From the NCBI GenBank assembly GCA_934246625.1, contig CAKQHZ010000001.1, positions 1 through 32,000 on the forward strand: DNA of 32,000 nucleotides, read 5' to 3'. A model generated the notes under the pieces. The model was not told where the DNA came from. It saw only the letters and a program-made list of their open reading frames with translations, and made no database searches. This document shows, piece after piece, positions 24,642 through 32,000 of the stretch. Source of the DNA: an uncultured Alphaproteobacteria bacterium. Lineage in GTDB: Bacteria; Pseudomonadota; Alphaproteobacteria; Rs-D84; CACZYB01. The position numbers were made by a program, and so were the translations under genes. Within the stretch, counting starts at the first letter, position 1; every line of letters begins with the position of its first letter.

Positions 24642-27233
24642 ATGAATAAAAAGTATATTAAATACTTTGGCATTATATTTATATTAACAGCTATAATTTT
24701 TGCATTCGTTTTTAAATTTAATACCGAACATCAAAGATATAAATGGTATGAAAAGATGGTAATTTATCACATTTTACCAAAGGCTTTTAATGACAGCGAT
24801 GGTGATGGTATCGGTGATTTTAATGGAATCACAGAAAAACTTGATTATATAAAAAGTCTTGGGGTAAATACTATTTACCTTATGCCTATTATGGATTCTT
24901 TGACAGATGAAACTAAACTTCGTTCAAATTATGGATATGAGGTTAAAAACCTTAAATCTATCAATCCAGATTTGGGAACAAAAGAGGATTTTCAACGACT
25001 TTTAAAAGAGGCAAAAAAACGCGACCTTCGCGTTGTAATTGATTTTGTTACAACTGTTATTTCCGTTGAAAATTTTATATTTAAAGACATACTTGAACAT
25101 CCAGACACAAGCAAATACAAAGATTGGATTATTACAAGCGATAAACCATTAGAAGGCAACTGGATGAATTTCAATGATTATGCAAATCAATTCACATCTT
25201 CTGCTTGGAATAAACTTCCAAACGGAAGATATTATTATTCTTTGTGGGGAAAATCTCCTTTCCTTCAATTTTATAATCAAGAAGTTCAAGATTATATTTT
25301 AAGTGTTATGGATTTTTGGTTGGATATGGGGGTTGATGGTTTCCGTGTAGATGCTACAAAACATTTATTTATAAATGGTCCAGGGGAAGAGCTTCAATTC
25401 CATCAACCTGAAAATTTTGTATTTTGGCGAAAAATGAAAAAGCATTTAATGGATAAATATGGACCTGATAAAGTGCTTATTGCTGAAACTATTCCTATAC
25501 CTTACAATATGTCATATAAGGAAGATAATCGTGCAACATTTGATGCAATGCTTGGTAATACTATGACTGATGAATTTTGGCCTTATAGAAAGATTATGTT
25601 TTCTGAATTTTTGACAAGTGATTATATTGCAAATGCATTTGTAAATAATTTAAAATATCAAATCAATAAACTTCAAGACAGAATTTATTATAATTCTGAC
25701 CATGATGGGGCAAGAATTGCTTCTCGATTTATAAATCCAACTATGAATGAACTTAAATTGGCTGCATCACTACTTATATTGACTCCAGTGCAAACAAAAA
25801 TTTATTTTGGTGATGAAATTGGGCTTGAAGGTTTAAGTGATAGAAGTGCAAACAGACCTGATTTTTGGCTTCATACTCCATCACATACTATGGCTTGGGA
25901 CAGGTCAAAAAATGGTGGATTTTCAAGTGCAAATAAAACTCTTATGCCTATATCCGAAGATTATTTTGTGCATAATGTAGAGCTTCAAAAAAATGATAAA
26001 AACTCTTTGCTTTCTTACTATAAAGAATTGATAAAATTTAAAAATAAATATGATTATTTGTTCTTTAAGGGAGATATTGGTTATTATCCTTTCTTTGATA
26101 AAAAAGTTTATACTTATTTCCTTAACAATGGAGATGATTATGCTTTGGTTGTATCAAACCTTTCAAATCAATATAAGTATTTTAAATTAAACCTTGAAAA
26201 ATATTTATCTGATGTTGATTTGGACGTTATTTTCAAAAGCAATGATGCCATAAAATTCAAAAATAAAAATGGTGTTATTTATTTTGAAAAACTTCCGTCC
26301 TATGCAACAATAGTTTTCAAATTCAAAGATAAAAACCATAAAAAGTTTATGGACCTTTTTAATGCTAGTCCTGATTTTGAACAAAATACTATTATTGAAA
26401 ATTATAATACAGAGCTTACGTCCTCTTCGGATAAAGTTGTATATATTACTATGCCAAACACAAGTATTTATATTCCAAAACATCAAGGAAGTGTTGCCAT
26501 AGATGCCTATATAAAAATAAAAGAAAAGGGAAATGATGTTTATTATTTGGTTTACAAAAATACCTTTGATACAAATAAATCAGATGAAGATTTATTTATT
26601 CCTTTGGCGGACAACATAAAATATGTTCATATAAAGAATTCTGATATAAAATACAAACTTGTTAACGTAAAAAATATTATAAATGAAATTGATAACAAAA
26701 TTAAAAATTCTACATACTCAAATAAAAATGACGAATTGACTTATTTAGGTATTGGCGAAGATAATAATTTCCTTTATATAAAAGTTGGAATTAAAGATTG
26801 GATTATGGAAAAAAATTCTGGACTTGATTTTTCTGTGTTAATAAGTGATAAAAAAAATCCTAATGGTATTTCAGAACTTGAATTTTGGAAATTACCTATG
26901 GTTAAAACATCTAAACCAATCGTGGCGATGATAAATTTTGAAAGACATATAAATACACTTTGGTTATTGAATAATCTTTCAATTACAAATCCTGCAGGTA
27001 TGGATAATTCTCAATCACTTATAAAAATAATAAATGGCAAGGATATGTATATCCTTATTGCTAAAAATTTGCTTTCATATAATGGTGATTTTGAAATTGC
27101 ATCCCTTGTATGGAGTGCTGGTGGTAAATGGGGAGATTCACCAAAGAAAGGTAAATTCCCTGTTGTTGAAAGATTACCTGTGGTAAAGGGCGTTGAACCT
27201 AATATGATGACCAAATTTATAGGACTTAAGTAA
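24642..27233 (+). CDS. membrane-anchored GH13 alpha-glucan hydrolase/transferase with a long C-terminal extension
   Basis: The start is moved to ATG 24642 (MNKKYIKYF), 6 nt after AAGGAGA. It has an N-terminal TM helix and a GH13 core: DSDGDGIGDFNGI, GFRVDATKH (nucleophile Asp), IAETIP (acid/base Glu), NSDHDGAR. Region I is atypical (DFVTTV instead of D-V-NH). About 390 C-terminal residues have no recognisable motif. Confidence 0.8.
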   Translation: MNKKYIKYFGIIFILTAIIFAFVFKFNTEHQRYKWYEKMVIYHILPKAFNDSDGDGIGDFNGITEKLDYIKSLGVNTIYLMPIMDSLTDETKLRSNYGYEVKNLKSINPDLGTKEDFQRLLKEAKKRDLRVVIDFVTTVISVENFIFKDILEHPDTSKYKDWIITSDKPLEGNWMNFNDYANQFTSSAWNKLPNGRYYYSLWGKSPFLQFYNQEVQDYILSVMDFWLDMGVDGFRVDATKHLFINGPGEELQFHQPENFVFWRKMKKHLMDKYGPDKVLIAETIPIPYNMSYKEDNRATFDAMLGNTMTDEFWPYRKIMFSEFLTSDYIANAFVNNLKYQINKLQDRIYYNSDHDGARIASRFINPTMNELKLAASLLILTPVQTKIYFGDEIGLEGLSDRSANRPDFWLHTPSHTMAWDRSKNGGFSSANKTLMPISEDYFVHNVELQKNDKNSLLSYYKELIKFKNKYDYLFFKGDIGYYPFFDKKVYTYFLNNGDDYALVVSNLSNQYKYFKLNLEKYLSDVDLDVIFKSNDAIKFKNKNGVIYFEKLPSYATIVFKFKDKNHKKFMDLFNASPDFEQNTIIENYNTELTSSSDKVVYITMPNTSIYIPKHQGSVAIDAYIKIKEKGNDVYYLVYKNTFDTNKSDEDLFIPLADNIKYVHIKNSDIKYKLVNVKNIINEIDNKIKNSTYSNKNDELTYLGIGEDNNFLYIKVGIKDWIMEKNSGLDFSVLISDKKNPNGISELEFWKLPMVKTSKPIVAMINFERHINTLWLLNNLSITNPAGMDNSQSLIKIINGKDMYILIAKNLLSYNGDFEIASLVWSAGGKWGDSPKKGKFPVVERLPVVKGVEPNMMTKFIGLK

Positions 27234-28579
27234 TGAAAGAATTTATAAAAGATAAAAAAAATTTATTGTTTTTTGTAATACTGCTTTTATTACAAATTGG
27301 TCAAATTGCTGGTGGGGCTGGTGTTTATTCATTTTTGATAAGCAAAACTGACTCTAATAGCTTGCCATATTATTTTATATTTTCAGCATTAGGGGCATTT
27401 TTTATAAATATTATTTCTGCATTTTTTTCTGATATTTTTAAGAAACAAAATATTATAAAAGTTTCTCAAATAATATTTATTGCTTTTTTATGTTTGGAGA
27501 TATTTGTAATAAAAAACGAATCAATATTTTCCGAAAATTATTTATACTTAATTTTACTTTTATTAAGTATTTTGATTATTTCTATACCTTCAATATTTCA
27601 AATACAATTATGGGCTTTGATAAATGAAAATGTGGCACCATCAAATGCATCAAAGGTTTATCCTATACTTGGAAGTGCAAATATCATTGCATCAATTTCA
27701 GGAGGTGTGATTGCGAATCAAATTCCAAAATATTTTTCAAACCTTTATTTGATTTGGTTATGGATTTTTGGAACTGCAATTTCCTATATATTGCTTTCAT
27801 TTATAAAAAGTGATTATATTGAAGACAAACTTAGTTCTAAAAATTTTAAGACATTGATAAATAATTTTAAAGATGGGGCAAAGCATTATATGCAATCATC
27901 TTTTATAAAATATTTAAGTATTACTTTTATTTCGTTTTGGTTGGTGAACACACTTACATATTTTTATTATTCTCAATTCCTTGTTATAAAATATGAAACA
28001 CCTGAAAAAATTGCTTCATTTATGGGATTTTTTACAATAATTACTCAACTATCCGCCTTGGTAATGCAATTTTTTATTGCACCAAAGGTTATTAAAAAAA
28101 TTGGAGTAATACGAGGATTTTTGTATTTGCCATTTTCACAAATTGTTGGTTTGTCCCTTATTATAATATATCCACAATTTTGGGCAATAATACTTACAGA
28201 ATATATGCAAGATTTGATTGGTATGTCGGTTCAGGCAAATTCCGTAAATATGGCATTTAATGTTATTTCATCAAAGGTCAGAGCAAAAATTCGAACTTTC
28301 CTTGAAGGAATAATAAACCCTTTGGGTGGAGTTATTGCTGGGCTTGTAATTTTATTTATACAAAACACTTTACCATCATCAGAATTTATAAATTATCACA
28401 TTCCTTTGTTTGGTTTGGTGTGTTCTATAATATGGCTTTTTTGTGCATTTCAATTAAGATTCTTTTATTTCAAAGAAATGAAAAAGTCCTTTAAAATAAA
28501 TAAAAATAATGATAGGATTTTTATAAAAGAATCATTAAGGATTGAAAGAAATGCAAAAAGAAAAAAACAGAATAGCTAA
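27233..28579 (+). CDS. polytopic membrane transporter (MFS-like; substrate unknown)
   Basis: 448 aa with roughly 10-12 hydrophobic segments throughout and a basic C-terminal tail. The start overlaps the GH13 stop (TAATG). Confidence 0.65.
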   Translation: MKEFIKDKKNLLFFVILLLLQIGQIAGGAGVYSFLISKTDSNSLPYYFIFSALGAFFINIISAFFSDIFKKQNIIKVSQIIFIAFLCLEIFVIKNESIFSENYLYLILLLLSILIISIPSIFQIQLWALINENVAPSNASKVYPILGSANIIASISGGVIANQIPKYFSNLYLIWLWIFGTAISYILLSFIKSDYIEDKLSSKNFKTLINNFKDGAKHYMQSSFIKYLSITFISFWLVNTLTYFYYSQFLVIKYETPEKIASFMGFFTIITQLSALVMQFFIAPKVIKKIGVIRGFLYLPFSQIVGLSLIIIYPQFWAIILTEYMQDLIGMSVQANSVNMAFNVISSKVRAKIRTFLEGIINPLGGVIAGLVILFIQNTLPSSEFINYHIPLFGLVCSIIWLFCAFQLRFFYFKEMKKSFKINKNNDRIFIKESLRIERNAKRKKQNS

Positions 28580-29282
28580 GATAATTGCAGGAAGTGGACT
28601 TTGTTCTCGTCGTATGGCGGAAAAGTTAATCCTTGATGGAAAAGTTTCAGTAAATGGAAATGTGATTAGCTCCCCTGCACTTAATGTGTCTGATGATGAT
28701 TGCATTTTGGTTGATGGCAAACCACTTAATCAAAAGGAAGAAACAAAACTTTATATATATCATAAACCTGTTGGACTTATCACAACTTACAGTGATGAAA
28801 ATGGAAGAAAAACTATATTTGATGATATTGGAGATAAGTTTGGTCGACTTCTTTCTATTGGACGATTAGATTTGAATTCCGAAGGTTTGTTGCTTTTGAC
28901 CAATGATGGTGAATTTCAACGTTTTATGGAAAGTCCAAAAAATGAATTTGAACGAATTTATCAGGTCCGTGTTCGTGGAAAACTTTCAAAGGAAGATATT
29001 TTAAAACTTAAAAATGGTATTGTTGTTGATGGCATAAAATACAAAAAAATTGATGTAAAAGTTGATAAGGTTTTATCATCAAATTCTTGGTTGACTGTAA
29101 AATTGATAGAAGGTAAAAATCGCGAAATCAGACGCACTATGCAAGCATTGGGATACGAAGTAAATAAACTTATTCGTATAAGTTATGCTGGGCTTGAATT
29201 AAGAAAACTTGAAAAAAGTCAAATTTATGAAGTAAAAATTCCACAAAAACTTTTGGAAAAATTTAAGGAATTTAAAGGGTAA
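28551..29282 (+). CDS. rluB: 23S rRNA pseudouridine synthase (RluB/RsuA family)
   Basis: S4 domain (RIAKIIAGSGLCSRRMAEKLILDGKVSVNG) and catalytic motif GRLDLNSEGLLLLTNDG. The track start at 28542 is TTG. ATG at 28551 with AAGGA 9 nt upstream is more likely. Confidence 0.85.
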   Translation: MQKEKNRIAKIIAGSGLCSRRMAEKLILDGKVSVNGNVISSPALNVSDDDCILVDGKPLNQKEETKLYIYHKPVGLITTYSDENGRKTIFDDIGDKFGRLLSIGRLDLNSEGLLLLTNDGEFQRFMESPKNEFERIYQVRVRGKLSKEDILKLKNGIVVDGIKYKKIDVKVDKVLSSNSWLTVKLIEGKNREIRRTMQALGYEVNKLIRISYAGLELRKLEKSQIYEVKIPQKLLEKFKEFKG

Positions 29283-29293
29283 AAAATTACCCC

Positions 29294-30418
<1,125 letters not shown>

Positions 30419-30469
30419 TTATTTATAAAAAAACTATCATTATTAAGAAAAAATGCAACATTTATTTTA

Positions 30470-30497
30470 TTGTAATTTCAAGTTTTCCCTATATAAT
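30470..30497 (+). promoter_or_regulatory. candidate sigma70 promoter of polA
   Basis: TTGTAA, 16 nt, TATAAT, 32 nt upstream of the ATG. Confidence 0.4.
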
Positions 30498-30529
30498 CAA
30501 ATCTGTTAAATAAAAAAGGGGAAAGTATT

Positions 30530-32000
30530 ATGAATAAAAAGTATATTTTGGTTGATGGGTCTGGTTATATATTTCGTGCATTTTATGCTCTTCCCCCTAT
30601 TTCACGAAGTGATAATTTGCCTGTGGGGGCTGTATATGGCTTTTGCAATATGCTTTTAAAACTCCTTATTGAAAGAGATGGCAAAGATGAAATAGTCGTT
30701 GTAATTTTTGATGCCGCACGAAAAAATTTTCGAAATGAAATATATCCAGAATATAAAACAAATCGTCAAGAAATTCCTGCTGAACTTGTCCCTCAATTCG
30801 CATATATAAGAAAGGCTGTTGAAGCATTTAATCTTCCATCTATTGAACAACTTGGATTTGAAGCAGATGATTTAATTGCAACCTATGCAGAACTTGCAAA
30901 ACAAAATGGTGATAATGTAGTTATTTATTCTTCTGATAAAGATTTAATGCAACTCCTTGACACGAATGTTGCTATCTTTGACCCACTAAAACAAAAGGTT
31001 GTGGATAAAGATGTTGTGTTTAACAAATTTGGTGTAGAGCCAAGTAAGGTTGTTGATGTTCAAGCACTTATCGGAGATTCAACCGATAATATCCCTGGAG
31101 TAAAAGGTATTGGACCAAAGACCGCATCTGAGCTTATCAACAAATATGGCAACCTTGAAAACCTTTTATTAAATGCAAGAAATATAAAACAAGACAAGCG
31201 TCGTGAAACGATTGAAGCAAATGCCGAACTTTCAAAAATTTCAAAACAACTTGCAACACTTAAAAAAGATGTGCCTCTTTCTACTCCGATTGAGGAATTG
31301 AAAAAAACTCCTGTTGATGCAGAAAAACTTTTGAATTTCATAAATGAAATGGAGTTTAAATCCCTTATAAACAAAACAAATAAATTTATTGAGGAAGTTT
31401 CAAAAACTCCCGCTCAAAATAATACAAATAATAATATTGAACCTGTTATTATAAATAAACCAAAAATTAAACAAATTGAAAAACATTATGAATTGGTAAG
31501 AGATATTCCAACCCTTCAAAAATGGATTAAAAAATGTGAAGATAAAAAAATCTTTGCAGTAGATACAGAAACGACTGGACTTGACAGCCTTAGTGCCTCT
31601 ATTGTAGGAATGTCAATTGCAACTGATGAAGGTGATGCTTGCTATATACCAATACATCATATAAAAAAGGTTTTTGATGGTGCGGATTTATTTAATGATG
31701 GAAAGGATACTTTGGTTGAAAATCAAATCCCAATAGATGACATTGTGAAAAATATTAAGCCTCTTCTTGAAAACAAAAACATTATAAAAATCGGACACAA
31801 TATAAAATATGATATGCATATATTTAAGCAACTTGGCATAAATGTATATCCTGTGGAAGATACTATGGTAATGAGTTATGATTTGGATAATACCCGCAAT
31901 CTTCACAATATGGACGATTTGGCATTAAACCACCTTAACTATACAACAATACATTTTTCTGATGTATGTGGAAGTGGTAAAGCTCAAATTACATTTGCAG
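30530..32000 (+). CDS. polA: DNA polymerase I, 5' part (runs off the window; not on the ORF track)
   Basis: This frame is open from ATG 30530 (RBS AAGGGGAAAG) to the window end; I translated it by hand. The 5'-3' exonuclease domain has MNKKYILVDGSGYIFRAFYALPP, FEADDLIAT and GVKGIGPKTA. The 3'-5' exonuclease domain starts at FAVDTETTGLD. Confidence 0.93.
   Translation, partial: MNKKYILVDGSGYIFRAFYALPPISRSDNLPVGAVYGFCNMLLKLLIERDGKDEIVVVIFDAARKNFRNEIYPEYKTNRQEIPAELVPQFAYIRKAVEAFNLPSIEQLGFEADDLIATYAELAKQNGDNVVIYSSDKDLMQLLDTNVAIFDPLKQKVVDKDVVFNKFGVEPSKVVDVQALIGDSTDNIPGVKGIGPKTASELINKYGNLENLLLNARNIKQDKRRETIEANAELSKISKQLATLKKDVPLSTPIEELKKTPVDAEKLLNFINEMEFKSLINKTNKFIEEVSKTPAQNNTNNNIEPVIINKPKIKQIEKHYELVRDIPTLQKWIKKCEDKKIFAVDTETTGLDSLSASIVGMSIATDEGDACYIPIHHIKKVFDGADLFNDGKDTLVENQIPIDDIVKNIKPLLENKNIIKIGHNIKYDMHIFKQLGINVYPVEDTMVMSYDLDNTRNLHNMDDLALNHLNYTTIHFSDVCGSGKAQITFA

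Noticed and set aside
30656-31906. Three minus-strand ORFs (30656-30850, 31060-31374, 31688-31906) listed in a region with no plus-strand ORF on the track.
   Set aside because: The plus strand carries an uninterrupted polA frame from 30530 to the window end. It is absent from the track only because it has no stop in the window. The minus-strand ORFs are shadows.

Overview
Visibly AT-rich bacterial chromosomal segment. The core genes (uvrA, dnaK, rpmB-rpmG, lon, glgX, aroK-lptE-holA, rluB, tgt, polA) look alphaproteobacterial; this is inference from protein motifs and promoter type, and no database search was possible. I support 26 protein-coding genes, one tRNA-Tyr, and several intrinsic terminators and promoters. 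Two genes are missing from the supplied ORF track and were found by reading the sequence: rpmG (L33, 56 aa, 10577-10747, minus strand) and the 5' 1.47 kb of polA (30530 to the window end, plus strand, no stop in window). Small accessory patches interrupt the housekeeping backbone: an ankyrin-repeat protein; a Big_3-like lipoprotein next to a 16-Cys secreted protein between uvrA and dnaK; a leaderless GH24 lysozyme overlapping a secreted DUF1311/LprI-like gene directly after dnaK; an orphan secreted protein translationally coupled to an OmpR/EnvZ-type pair; a roughly 210-nt highly structured non-coding element in front of a very AT-rich glycosyltransferase; and a membrane-anchored atypical GH13 enzyme coupled to a polytopic transporter. 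I see no CRISPR array, transposase, integrase, reverse transcriptase or recognisable multi-gene defence cassette, so I cannot claim a large novel system. The two items most worth follow-up are the lysozyme/inhibitor-like cassette (9492-10528) and the structured element (15524-15741). All functional calls rest on motifs I recognise by eye and need confirmation by homology or structure searches.
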